DNA from: Desulfobacterales bacterium
Lineage (GTDB): Bacteria > Desulfobacterota > Desulfobacteria > Desulfobacterales > JAFDDL01
DNA length: 51,522 nt
Assembly (NCBI GenBank): GCA_040235505.1
Contig: JBECKW010000034.1
Location: forward strand, 1 to 51,522
Direction of reading: 5' to 3'
This document shows, one piece after another, positions 9,073 to 18,249 of the stretch (position 1 is its first letter; each line of letters starts with the position of its first letter). The notes beneath the pieces are model-generated. The model did not search any database. It was not told where the DNA came from and saw nothing but the letters and a program-made list of their open reading frames with translations. The position numbers and the translations under genes were made by a program.

Positions 9073-9732
9073 TCAAGACATCTTCGATCCCATGCACCCC
9101 TGTCTTGAAACGGTGGGCATATGCTGCCGAATCCATACAAGTATTTTTTCAAATTCACCTTGAAGCTCGGAAAGCGCTTTTCCCCGGTGACTCACACGGC
9201 TTTTTTCCGCCAGATCGATCTGGGCGAAGGTTTTCTTAAGAGGAGGATAATAAAAGATTGGGTCATACCCGAAACCGTCGGCGCCCATGCACGCTTCGGT
9301 AATTTCCCCTTCGCACCTGGCGTCATAGGTAAGCGCCTCCCCCGTGGGAACCGCCAGGGACAAAACGCATTCAAAGGCAGCCTTCCGATTCACCTCACCG
9401 CGCATTTTCTCAAGCAGCAACTCGCATCGCTCATGATCCGTGAGGCGTTCTCCTCCGAAGCGGGCGGAAAACACCCCGGGCGCCCCCTCCAGTGCATCCA
9501 CCACAAGGCCCGAATCATCCGCCAATGCCGGAACGCCCAGGATTCTGGAGACAAAGGAGGCTTTTTTATATGCGTTTTCCTCAAAGGTCGTACCGTCTTC
9601 TTCAACTTCCGGCGTCGGCCCGAAATCATCCAGGCATAGAACCCGGACCGGGTAGTCCCTGAGCAGTTCGCTGATTTCTCTGATTTTCCCCCTGTTTCTC
9701 GTGGCAAGAACCAGGGGCAGATCCTTTTCCAT
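9073..9732 (-). CDS. rdgB: XTP/dITP diphosphatase (non-canonical purine NTP pyrophosphatase)
   Basis: LATRNRGK, EEDGTTFEENA, ADDSGLVVDALEGAPGVFSAR, GFGYDPIF, KSRVSHRGKA. Start moved to ATG 9732. Confidence 0.94.
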   Translation of the reverse strand: MEKDLPLVLATRNRGKIREISELLRDYPVRVLCLDDFGPTPEVEEDGTTFEENAYKKASFVSRILGVPALADDSGLVVDALEGAPGVFSARFGGERLTDHERCELLLEKMRGEVNRKAAFECVLSLAVPTGEALTYDARCEGEITEACMGADGFGYDPIFYYPPLKKTFAQIDLAEKSRVSHRGKALSELQGEFEKILVWIRQHMPTVSRQGCMGSKMS

Positions 9733-10032
9733 TGGCCCGTTCTCTCTTTTGACGGATTCAGAAAAAGATGAATCCTTCTGTTCGTAAAAAGGCAACTTCG
9801 ATGGAACAAATTGCAAATTAGAACCGGTTTCCGTGAAAACAAAACAGCGCAAAAAGTCCGTATCTAACTTATATAATTCAAAGTTTTGCAATTGTAAAGC
9901 CTTTTTACCTTCGGATTTTTTATGAGACAACTTTACAATCCGCCCGGAATATGACATAAAAACGCCGATTGAAACTTCTCATAGGCAGGTGGAATAAATT
10001 GCCTTCTGCACATTCATCCAATACGAGCGGCC

Positions 10033-11736
10033 ATGCTTCAAGAACTTTCCATCCGCAATTTTGCCATTATTGACGACCTGAATGTCTCCTTTCTTCCGGG
10101 GCTCACTGTCCTGACCGGAGAAACCGGGGCGGGAAAATCCATTATCATCAATGCCGTCAATCTGCTTCTGGGCAGTCGTGCCACACCGAAGCTCATACGC
10201 ACGGATTCGGAGTCCGCAGAACTTGAAGCCCGCTTTCTGGTTCCCCCGGAAAGCAGCGTGGCCCGGCAGATGGCAGCCTATGAACTGGATGCTTCGGAGG
10301 GGTTGTTGGTTCGGCGCATCATCTCCAACCACGACTCCAGCCGCATTTACATCAACGGCCGACAGGCGACGGTCCAGATGCTCGGGCAATTGATGGAAAA
10401 CATGGCCAGTATCGCCGGACAACATGCGCATCAAAAACTGCTCAAGGAAGACGAACACCTATTGATTCTCGACCAGTTTGCCGGGTTGGTTCGGCACCGG
10501 AGCGATCTGACGGAAGCCTATCGAAAGATTCAGCCCATGGCCGACACCCTTCGCCGTCTGGAGGAAAAAAGGAAGCAGGCCGTAGCGCAGATGGATTTGC
10601 TGGAAGAACAGAGAGGGGAAATTGTAAATGCAACTCCGATCCTGGGAGAAGACGAGGATCTGGAAAAAGAACGGACCCGCCTTAAAAGCTCAGCCGCTCT
10701 GATAAGAACCGTCAGCGAAGGACTCGATGCGCTCTACAATGCGCCCGGGGCCGCAATGGAGCAATTGACGGCGGTATTGAAATCTCTGGAAGCCAATACC
10801 CGGCTGGATCCCCAACTGACCGGTCCGGTAAAACAGCTTGAGGATATCCGCTTTCACCTTGAAGATGTTATCCAGACGCTCCAGGACTATCTGGGCCGGG
10901 ACAGCTTTGAAGAGGGGAAACTCGAAGCGGTGGAGGAGCGACTTGATGTTCTGAACCGTTTGAAACGGAAATACGGCGGTTCCATCAAAGCGGTGATCGA
11001 ACACCTGGGAACCCTCAACCGGGCGATGAATACTCTGGAAGGACTGGACGCCGAAATTGCCGATATGCAGCGGCAACTCACCGACGGCCACAGGGAGCTT
11101 GAAAACGCGGCACTGGAACTTTCCAAAAGAAGGACGGAAGCGGCCAATAACCTCTCGAAAAAAATCGAGGAGGAACTCATCTCCCTGAATATGCCCCAGG
11201 CACGCTTTGACATCCGGCTTGAAACTCAGCCGGCCGGGGATGGGCATCCTCCCCATTTAACCGCAGCGGGCAACTGTATTCGAGACACCGGCATCGACCA
11301 GGTCCGATTCATGATCAGTCCGAATACCGGGGAGACCTTGAAACCGCTGGCAAGCATCGCATCCGGAGGAGAGCTTTCCAGGGTTGTATTGGCCCTGAAA
11401 GCCATCCTGGCAGAAGGAGAAGCCCTGGAGTCCATTGTCTTTGACGAGGTGGATGCGGGAATCGGCGGCGGGGTTGCGGAGGTGGTGGGACGGAAGCTTT
11501 TCGCGCTTTCCCGAAACCACCAGATCATCTGCATCACCCATCTTCCGCAGATTGCAAAATTCGGAACGCACCATTTTAAAATATCCAAGCACGTGATGGA
11601 CGAAAGAACCTGCACGACCATCTCGCCCGTCAAGGGCGAAGAGCGAATTCAGGAAATCGCAAGAATGCTCGGCGGCGAAACCATCACCGAAGCCACCCTG
11701 AATCATGCCAGAGAACTGCTTGAAATAAAACAATAA
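10033..11736 (+). CDS. recN: DNA repair protein RecN
   Basis: LTGETGAGKSII, coiled coil, ASGGELSRV, FDEVDAGIGG, ITHLPQIA, EIARMLGG. Confidence 0.97.
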   Translation: MLQELSIRNFAIIDDLNVSFLPGLTVLTGETGAGKSIIINAVNLLLGSRATPKLIRTDSESAELEARFLVPPESSVARQMAAYELDASEGLLVRRIISNHDSSRIYINGRQATVQMLGQLMENMASIAGQHAHQKLLKEDEHLLILDQFAGLVRHRSDLTEAYRKIQPMADTLRRLEEKRKQAVAQMDLLEEQRGEIVNATPILGEDEDLEKERTRLKSSAALIRTVSEGLDALYNAPGAAMEQLTAVLKSLEANTRLDPQLTGPVKQLEDIRFHLEDVIQTLQDYLGRDSFEEGKLEAVEERLDVLNRLKRKYGGSIKAVIEHLGTLNRAMNTLEGLDAEIADMQRQLTDGHRELENAALELSKRRTEAANNLSKKIEEELISLNMPQARFDIRLETQPAGDGHPPHLTAAGNCIRDTGIDQVRFMISPNTGETLKPLASIASGGELSRVVLALKAILAEGEALESIVFDEVDAGIGGGVAEVVGRKLFALSRNHQIICITHLPQIAKFGTHHFKISKHVMDERTCTTISPVKGEERIQEIARMLGGETITEATLNHARELLEIKQ

Positions 11737-11869
11737 CCATACCGGGTTCTATGAATCCGGAGATTTGTTCCACTTTAACACACAACCGCACCATCTCGGT
11801 CATCCTGTCATTTTTCCGTTGCACTTTCTTCGGCAGTGAACCCTTCAACCTCTGAATCCCGATACCACC

Positions 11870-14041
11870 ATGACCATCTACAGCATTCCGCCGCTTCTAT
11901 CGATCATCTGTTTTATTTCCCTGGCCATATTGACCCTGGCAAGAGGTGCCCGGTCGAAAATGAAGCGCCTGTTTTTCATCCTTTGTCTGCTGGCCTCCCT
12001 CATTTATTCAAACGCCCTGTTTTCATCCATCACCCGGTCCGGTCAACATGCACTGGCGGCAAGCCGTCTGGAGCACCTGTTCATCCCGCTTCTCCTGCCC
12101 CTGTATATCGCGTTTTTTCAGGAATATCTCAAAATTGAAAACGGAAAAGGGCTCGTCCGGTCTGCCTATGGATATGCCGCCATATTGATTTGCCTTGCCC
12201 CAACGAAGCTGTATATCCCCCGTATGGTGAAACATGTATTCGGTTTTATCGCTGCCGCCGGTCCCCTCTATTTTCTGTTTGCACTTGGCGAGGTCGTAAC
12301 GACCATCTACATCCTGGCACTTGTCTGCCGCTGCATTCGCAAGGCAACAAGCAGTGCCCGAAAAAACAGACTCAAGTATGTGCTGGTGGGTTTCGGTTCC
12401 CTGGGGTTTCTCAACGGCCTCAACTTCCTGACCATCCATGGTTTTCCCCTGTACCCGCCCGGTAATTTCAGCTTCATTCCCCTGGTGGTCTTTGGCGTGG
12501 GACTGTTTAAACACGATCTTCTGGACATGGGACTTCTGGTTAAAAAAAGCCTGATATACTCCTGCCTGACAGCATTTCTGACCTGTCTCTACGCGATTTT
12601 GATTGTCATTGCGGGGCGGGTGTTTTCGGCGTTCGTTCCGTCCGACTCTCTTCTAATTCCCGTGGTGTTCTTCCTATTGATCGCTTTTATCTTCGGCCCC
12701 ATTAAAAATACCATTCAACGCCTTGTGGATAAATTATTCGACAAGGAGTCGTACTCCTACCAAAAAACCCTTAAAGAACTCAGCCGGCGGATTGTTTCGG
12801 AACTTGACACCTCCGCCATCGCGCAAAAAATTCTAAGCGCCATAGAAGAGGCCATGAAAGTCCAGGATTATGCTCTTTTCATACGATATCGAGAAAAAAG
12901 CGGACGCGTTTTGTATCGCCAAAGCGCCGGCTCCGGCAATGTTGTTTCAGAACATGATTCTATCGTCCGGCTGCTCAAAGGCGGGACGGGTCCCGTCGCA
13001 CTAAAAGATCTTCCAAAAATGGAAGGCGGGGCTATTTGCGGGTCTGAAGGCCTTGCCGGTGAAATCCGGGAGGCGATATGGGCATTTCCCCTACAGTTTC
13101 ACCACAGGCTCAGCGGCTTTCTGCTCTTGGGCGAAAAGCGATCCGGAGAACTGTTCACCCGGGAAGATCTCGACCTGCTCGAAACCGTATGCAGCCAGAG
13201 CGCGCTGGCTCTGGAAAACGCCCTGTCATACCAGAAGATAACCAGACTCAACAACCAGCTCGAAAAAAAAGTGGCGGACCGGACACGGAAGTTGAGCATC
13301 GCCCTTAAGGAGAAAGAAAAAACCCAGGAACAGCTCATCCGCTCCGAAAGCCTCGCCGCCATCGGGCAACTTGTGGCGGGGGTTGCCCATGAACTCAACA
13401 ACCCCCTGACCACCGCCATCAGCCTTGTCCAGAGCACGGTTGAAGATATCGAGGAATCGCCCGGCAATCCCACCGAAGAAGCGATGCTTGACGATCTTGC
13501 CTTTGTGGAAAAGGAGCTGAACCGGGCGAAAACCATCGTCCGAAGCCTTCTGGGACTCTCCCGGCAGACAGACACCTATAAAGAAACGGTGAATTTGAAC
13601 ACGGTGATAAAGGACGCCTGTCGAATTATGCAAAACCAGTACAAGAATACCGGTTTGGACATAGACGTGTCGTTCGAAGACCCCCTGCCGGACATTTCGG
13701 GCAATTTCGCAACGCTGGGGCAGGTGGCACTCAATATTCTGAAAAATGCCATTCAAGCAGTGATGACCGATAGCGGCGGCACCATTGCTTTATCCACCTA
13801 TTTCGACCGGCCGGAAGGCAAGGTTGTGTTCGACTGCACCGATTCGGGTCCGGGAATCCCCTTGCCCATTCAAAAGGACATCTTCAAGCCTTTTTTCACC
13901 ACCAAGGACGCGGGCCAGGGCACCGGCCTCGGACTGTATATCAGTCATGAAATCGTGCGGAAGCACGGGGGCACCCTGACCTTTGAAAGTCGGGTTGGGA
14001 AAGGGTCCCGGTTTGTGGTACGATTGCCGGTGGTGATGTAA
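11870..14041 (+). CDS. Membrane sensor histidine kinase (multi-TM N-terminus, GAF, HisKA, HATPase)
   Basis: About 9 hydrophobic segments. GAF end LLGEKRSGELFTREDLDLL. H-box AHELNNPL, N-box LKNA, DSGPGI, FFTTK, GTGLGL. Confidence 0.92.
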   Translation: MTIYSIPPLLSIICFISLAILTLARGARSKMKRLFFILCLLASLIYSNALFSSITRSGQHALAASRLEHLFIPLLLPLYIAFFQEYLKIENGKGLVRSAYGYAAILICLAPTKLYIPRMVKHVFGFIAAAGPLYFLFALGEVVTTIYILALVCRCIRKATSSARKNRLKYVLVGFGSLGFLNGLNFLTIHGFPLYPPGNFSFIPLVVFGVGLFKHDLLDMGLLVKKSLIYSCLTAFLTCLYAILIVIAGRVFSAFVPSDSLLIPVVFFLLIAFIFGPIKNTIQRLVDKLFDKESYSYQKTLKELSRRIVSELDTSAIAQKILSAIEEAMKVQDYALFIRYREKSGRVLYRQSAGSGNVVSEHDSIVRLLKGGTGPVALKDLPKMEGGAICGSEGLAGEIREAIWAFPLQFHHRLSGFLLLGEKRSGELFTREDLDLLETVCSQSALALENALSYQKITRLNNQLEKKVADRTRKLSIALKEKEKTQEQLIRSESLAAIGQLVAGVAHELNNPLTTAISLVQSTVEDIEESPGNPTEEAMLDDLAFVEKELNRAKTIVRSLLGLSRQTDTYKETVNLNTVIKDACRIMQNQYKNTGLDIDVSFEDPLPDISGNFATLGQVALNILKNAIQAVMTDSGGTIALSTYFDRPEGKVVFDCTDSGPGIPLPIQKDIFKPFFTTKDAGQGTGLGLYISHEIVRKHGGTLTFESRVGKGSRFVVRLPVVM

Positions 14042-14075
14042 CGATAGGAAGTTGGACACCTGTCTCTTGCATATC

Positions 14076-14213
14076 CAGGGCAATCGCATGCAGGATTCGA
14101 CGGTGTAATCGGGGTCGAAATCGCTATCGGGATCGAAAAAGACTCGATAGCGATCCCGACAGCGATTCCGACCCCGATAATTACATCAGCCGATTTTACA
14201 TGCGATCACCCTG
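14076..14213. repeat. Palindromic element with ATCGGG/ATCGCT hexamer units
   Basis: CAGGGCAATCGCATG...TGTAATCGGGGTCG is mirrored by CGACCCCGATAATTACA...CATGCGATCACCCTG. CTTGCAT occurs on both flanks (14066-14072, 14214-14220). Confidence 0.85.
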
Positions 14214-14232
14214 CTTGCATGCCCCGCCCCCC

Positions 14233-14266
14233 TTGCCATTGATATATTTAGAAGATATGATATCAA
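14233..14266 (+). promoter_or_regulatory. Candidate sigma70 promoter overlapped by an AT-rich inverted repeat (possible operator)
   Basis: TTGCCA (14233-14238), 17 bp, TATGAT (14256-14261). IR TTGATAT-N14-ATATCAA at 14239-14266. Confidence 0.5.
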
Positions 14267-14349
14267 GACAATCCATGGAAAGATCATGGGAATAACGCTC
14301 CCGGAGATTTGAAACCGTCGCCGGGATTGATTACGCAAGGAGAGTTTAG

Positions 14350-14595
14350 ATGCCATTGTATGAATTCAGATGTCTGAAGTGTCAGGAACTTTTTGAACTC
14401 CTGGTCATGGGACAAAACGATACGGTTGAAATGAAATGCCCCCACTGTGGAGCTTCTGATTTTGAGCGGGTGATGAGCACGGCAAGCTATAGTATGACCG
14501 GGGGCGGAGGCGCAACGGCCGGTCCCAGCGCCCAAAGCCGGACCTGTGCCGGCGGCTCCTGCACCACTTATGATATCCCGGGACCGACCCGATGA
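14350..14595 (+). CDS. FmdB-family zinc-ribbon regulatory protein
   Basis: MPLYEFRCLKC...FELLV...CPHCGA...RVMS signature. AAGGAG RBS. Confidence 0.9.
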   Translation: MPLYEFRCLKCQELFELLVMGQNDTVEMKCPHCGASDFERVMSTASYSMTGGGGATAGPSAQSRTCAGGSCTTYDIPGPTR

Positions 14596-14605
14596 AGTTT
14601 AAACT

Positions 14606-15289
14606 ATGAAACCTGTTCATCTTAAAGAAAAAGAACATTTTCAAAAGCTCTTCCAACAAACGCATATCGATAAGTTTGAAGATCGTTTCGCAATTCTCGA
14701 AGTGTTTCTTCAAACCGAAAAACATGTCACGGCCCCGGAGCTTCAGCAAAACCTCACCGAAAACGGCGTCCATTTTTCGAACGAATTTGTCCGACAAACC
14801 CTCAACTTGATGTGCCGGTTCGGGTTCGCCCAGAAAAGAAAATTCCACGACGGACAGACCCGATATGAACATCGACATCTGGGCCAGCATCATGATCATA
14901 TGATCTGTACCCGATGCGGCAACATCACGGAATTCAAAAACAATGATCTCGAGCGTCTCCAGCAGGATATCGCCGCCGCAAGCGGATTTCACATGCTTCA
15001 ACATAAAATGGAGATCTATGGCATCTGTTCGGACTGCCTGGCCCATCGCTCGGACTTGATTCCGCTCTCGAATGCTCGACCCGGGGAACGTGTTGTCATC
15101 AAAGATTATGTCGGCGGTAAGATGTCTCAAATGAGGCTCATATCAATGGGCTTGCGAAAAGAGGAGCCGGTGGATGTGATTACCAACAACCACCAGGGCC
15201 AGCTCGTCATTGCCATGGGTTATAACCGGCTGAGTATCGGCCAGGGTCTTGCGCGAAAGGTTCTCGTTCGACCTGCCGGACACAAATAG
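14606..15289 (+). CDS. Fur-family metalloregulator fused to a C-terminal FeoA (SH3-like) domain
   Basis: Fur motifs HHDHMICTRCG and GICSDC, then IPLSNARPGERVVI...RLISMGLRKEEPVDVI...LARKVLV typical of FeoA. Confidence 0.85.
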   Translation: MKPVHLKEKEHFQKLFQQTHIDKFEDRFAILEVFLQTEKHVTAPELQQNLTENGVHFSNEFVRQTLNLMCRFGFAQKRKFHDGQTRYEHRHLGQHHDHMICTRCGNITEFKNNDLERLQQDIAAASGFHMLQHKMEIYGICSDCLAHRSDLIPLSNARPGERVVIKDYVGGKMSQMRLISMGLRKEEPVDVITNNHQGQLVIAMGYNRLSIGQGLARKVLVRPAGHK

Positions 15290-15315
15290 AAGCCAACAAC
15301 GAACAGGCGCCTGCC

Positions 15316-16251
15316 ATGAGCTCAATGCCTCCCGCATACATTTCGGCTGCGAAGGACGGTCGGCTTGCCAAAGCCGTCCTGGCTGCCCGGAAAGGGCTAT
15401 CATCCTGTTGCCTGTGCCCCCGGACATGCCAGGTGAATCGCCTGGAGGAAGAACTCGGCGTATGTCGCACGGGGAAAAGCGCCGAAGTCTCCTCCTGCGG
15501 CGCCCACTTTGGTGAAGAGTCTCCACTGGTGGGAAGCCGTGGTTCAGGCACCATTTTTTTTACACGCTGTAATTTGCTGTGCGTATTTTGCCAGAATTAC
15601 GACATCAGTCATGAAGGAAACGGACGACGGGCCACCCCGGATGAACTGGCGGAAATGATGCTCGCACTGCAGGAGGCGGGCTGCCATAATATTAATTTCG
15701 TCACCCCTTCCCATGTCGTCCCCCAAATTCTCGAATCCCTCGAGATCGCTGCATCAAAAGGACTTCACATCCCGCTGGTGTACAACACAAGCGGATACGA
15801 CCGGACAGAGACGTTAAGGCTCCTCGATGGCATTATCGATATCTACATGCCCGATTTTAAATTCTGGCGATCGGATACATCCCGTCGTTTATGCGGCGCG
15901 CCCGATTATTCGACGTATGCTTGTGCCGCTATAAGGGAGATGCATCGTCAGGTGGGGGATCTTGCCGTCGGCCCTGACGGTATTGCGCTTCGGGGTCTTC
16001 TCCTGCGCCATCTGGTGCTTCCCGGCGGTCTTGCGGATACAAATGAAATCATGCAGTTCATTGGCCGGGAAATTTCGACGGACACTTATGTCAACATTAT
16101 GGCCCAGTACCATCCCTGCGGACGGGCCGCTCATTTTCCGCCGCTTGATCGGCCGCCAACGGCCGGGGAGTATGCAGAAGCAGTGACGGCGGCAAAAGCG
16201 GAAGGCCTCACACGGATTGATCGCCCTGTCCGGAGATTTATCATTGAATAA
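15316..16251 (+). CDS. Radical SAM protein, PflX-like
   Basis: CCLCPRTC, HFGEE, GSGTIFF, CNLLCVFCQN (CxxxCxxC), HNINFVTP, DIYMPDFK, RHLVLPG, NIMAQYHP. Confidence 0.9.
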   Translation: MSSMPPAYISAAKDGRLAKAVLAARKGLSSCCLCPRTCQVNRLEEELGVCRTGKSAEVSSCGAHFGEESPLVGSRGSGTIFFTRCNLLCVFCQNYDISHEGNGRRATPDELAEMMLALQEAGCHNINFVTPSHVVPQILESLEIAASKGLHIPLVYNTSGYDRTETLRLLDGIIDIYMPDFKFWRSDTSRRLCGAPDYSTYACAAIREMHRQVGDLAVGPDGIALRGLLLRHLVLPGGLADTNEIMQFIGREISTDTYVNIMAQYHPCGRAAHFPPLDRPPTAGEYAEAVTAAKAEGLTRIDRPVRRFIIE

Positions 16252-16252
16252 C

Positions 16253-16891
16253 ATGAAACAAATTTACGCCATCGGCGACATTCACGGATGTATAGACAAG
16301 CTTCAGCGCCTGTTGGAGCGAATCGACATCGACTGGGCCCGGGACATGCTGGTCCTGATGGGAGACTATATCGACCGGGGGCCCCGGTCATATGAAGTGC
16401 TGGATTTTTTAATCACCCTCCAGAAAAAATATCCGAACACCATTTTCCTCAAAGGAAATCATGAGGCCATGTTTCTTGATTTTCTCTCGGGCGTCCACCC
16501 GCTTACCTTCTTATATAACGGTGGACAGCAAACAATCGACAGCTATTATAGACACAATGCAGGTCGGAATCCACTGTCCATACCCAAAGAACACCTTGAC
16601 TTTCTCAATTCACTTGTTTTATGTCACGAGACTGAAGATTACATCTTTGTTCATGCGGGGATGAGACCGGGCGTTCCGCCGGCACATCAGAAAGCGGAGG
16701 ATCTTATGTGGATCCGGGAACCATTTATCAGTACCCGGACCGACTTCGGCAAGACGATCGTTTTCGGGCACACGCCGTTTCCGGAACCACTGATTCAGCC
16801 TGATAAAATCGGTATTGATACCGGTGCGGTTTACGGCAATCAATTAACCTGTGTCCGGTTGCCGGACATGACATTTTTCAGTGACAAATGA
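16253..16891 (+). CDS. PPP-family metallophosphoesterase (Ser/Thr protein phosphatase/ApaH-like)
   Basis: GDIHG, GDYIDRG, KGNHE, VHAG, FGHTP, IDTGAVYG. Confidence 0.92.
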   Translation: MKQIYAIGDIHGCIDKLQRLLERIDIDWARDMLVLMGDYIDRGPRSYEVLDFLITLQKKYPNTIFLKGNHEAMFLDFLSGVHPLTFLYNGGQQTIDSYYRHNAGRNPLSIPKEHLDFLNSLVLCHETEDYIFVHAGMRPGVPPAHQKAEDLMWIREPFISTRTDFGKTIVFGHTPFPEPLIQPDKIGIDTGAVYGNQLTCVRLPDMTFFSDK

Positions 16892-17328
16892 AACGACTTC
16901 TTTTTTTCTTTGTTGGCGTCAGCCTGCTGTTTCCGGGCGCGGCCCTGGCGGAATTTATCTCCGTCAAGGTTCCGGTTGCCAATATCCGATCCGAACCGAG
17001 CGACTCGAGTACTCTTCTCTGGAAAGTGGAGGCTTACTATCCGATGCTGGTTCTGGAGAAGAAAGGCGATTGGTACCACTTCAAAGATTTCGAAGGAGAT
17101 GAGGGCTGGATTAGTGCATCGCTGGTCAACCATGATGAATCGGTCATTACGAAAACAAACGACTGCAACATTCGCTCCGGTCCAGGCACAAAATATGACA
17201 TCGTTTTTAAAGCCGATTCCGGAATTCCTTTCAAGGTTTTGAAAAAACAAGGCAGTTGGTTATATGTATTGCATACGGACGGCGATCGGGGATGGATTCA
17301 CAAATCACTTGTATGGCCTGATCAATAA
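16888..17328 (+). CDS. Secreted tandem bacterial SH3-domain protein
   Basis: Signal peptide followed by two repeats of NIRSxP...W...GWI. ATGA overlap with upstream gene. Confidence 0.88.
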   Translation: MKRLLFFFVGVSLLFPGAALAEFISVKVPVANIRSEPSDSSTLLWKVEAYYPMLVLEKKGDWYHFKDFEGDEGWISASLVNHDESVITKTNDCNIRSGPGTKYDIVFKADSGIPFKVLKKQGSWLYVLHTDGDRGWIHKSLVWPDQ

Positions 17329-17387
17329 ACCGGGACATCTTCGTCGGATGCTATGGCAACTATGTTCGCGCTATAATGGAGGATCGC

Positions 17388-18080
17388 ATGGCAGTGAAAC
17401 GTTACAAGAATAGAAAACAGCTGAAACAGCCGGATGAATTTGTTACCGCTTCATCCAAACTTGTGAAACAGGTGGTCGAGCATAAAAATAAAATCATCTC
17501 CGCCCTAACAGCCATCGTTGTGGTGGTGGCGATCATTTCTACGGTCAACTATTTTTCAAACAAAGCCGAAGACCAATCGCTTTCGGCGCTTTCCAGCGTT
17601 ATATCCCAATATGAAACCGTTCAAAGCAAAAGCGGAGATGTGGAGGCTTACAAGGGCACCAAAGATGCTCTGACAAAAGTTATTGAAACCTATGGAAATA
17701 AAACCGGCGGAAAGTTCGCGAATTATTTCCTTGCCGGTTGCAGCTTTTCCGCCGGTGAGTATAAAGCTTCAGAGACACTCTATCGAAAAGCAGTTGAGGA
17801 TTTCAAAGGCGTTTATCCTTTTGAATACCTCGCAAAAAGCAGCCTTGCCTATGCTTTGTCACAACAGGGAGACCATGAAGGAGCCGCGGCTATTTTTAAC
17901 GAATTGGCATCCGCCGCCAACCCTTTGATGGGGGATGAATCCCTCTTTGCGCTGGCCCGGCAATATGGCGCCATGGGAAAAACCGATCTTCAGAAAGAGA
18001 CGTCTAAAAAATTGATTGAAAAATACCCGGATTCCATCTTTACAAATGTGGTCCGGGAACAATTTCCGGACGTAAGCTAA
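17388..18080 (+). CDS. Single-TM TPR protein, YfgM-like (ancillary SecYEG subunit)
   Basis: LKQPDEF N-terminus, one TM helix, TPR-like helices. GGAGG RBS before ATG 17388. Confidence 0.75.
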   Translation: MAVKRYKNRKQLKQPDEFVTASSKLVKQVVEHKNKIISALTAIVVVVAIISTVNYFSNKAEDQSLSALSSVISQYETVQSKSGDVEAYKGTKDALTKVIETYGNKTGGKFANYFLAGCSFSAGEYKASETLYRKAVEDFKGVYPFEYLAKSSLAYALSQQGDHEGAAAIFNELASAANPLMGDESLFALARQYGAMGKTDLQKETSKKLIEKYPDSIFTNVVREQFPDVS

Positions 18081-18107
18081 AAATTTCTGAAAAAAGCATT
18101 GTCCTAA

Positions 18108-18249
18108 GAGCCATTTTCAAAACGTTTCAGTTCTGCCAAGCTCAAGGCGGATCGAAAATTTCAACCGCAGGCATACTCGGGTATTCCGAGGATTGAAATT
18201 TTCGACCAACGCAGAGATTGGCCGAAATGGGGCGTTTTGAAATGGGCTC
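18108..18249. mobile_element. Non-autonomous miniature inverted-repeat element (MITE), 142 bp
   Basis: Terminal IRs GAGCCATTTTCAAAACG / CGTTTTGAAATGGGCTC. Internal IR CGAAAATTTCAA...TTGAAATTTTCG. CTAA direct repeat on both flanks (18104-18107, 18250-18253). Confidence 0.8.

Noticed and set aside
9733-10032. LexA/SOS box upstream of recN, and the 75 aa N-terminal extension of rdgB in the ORF track
   Set aside because: No convincing match to SOS boxes I know. The extension is AT-rich divergent promoter DNA, and family similarity begins at ATG 9732.
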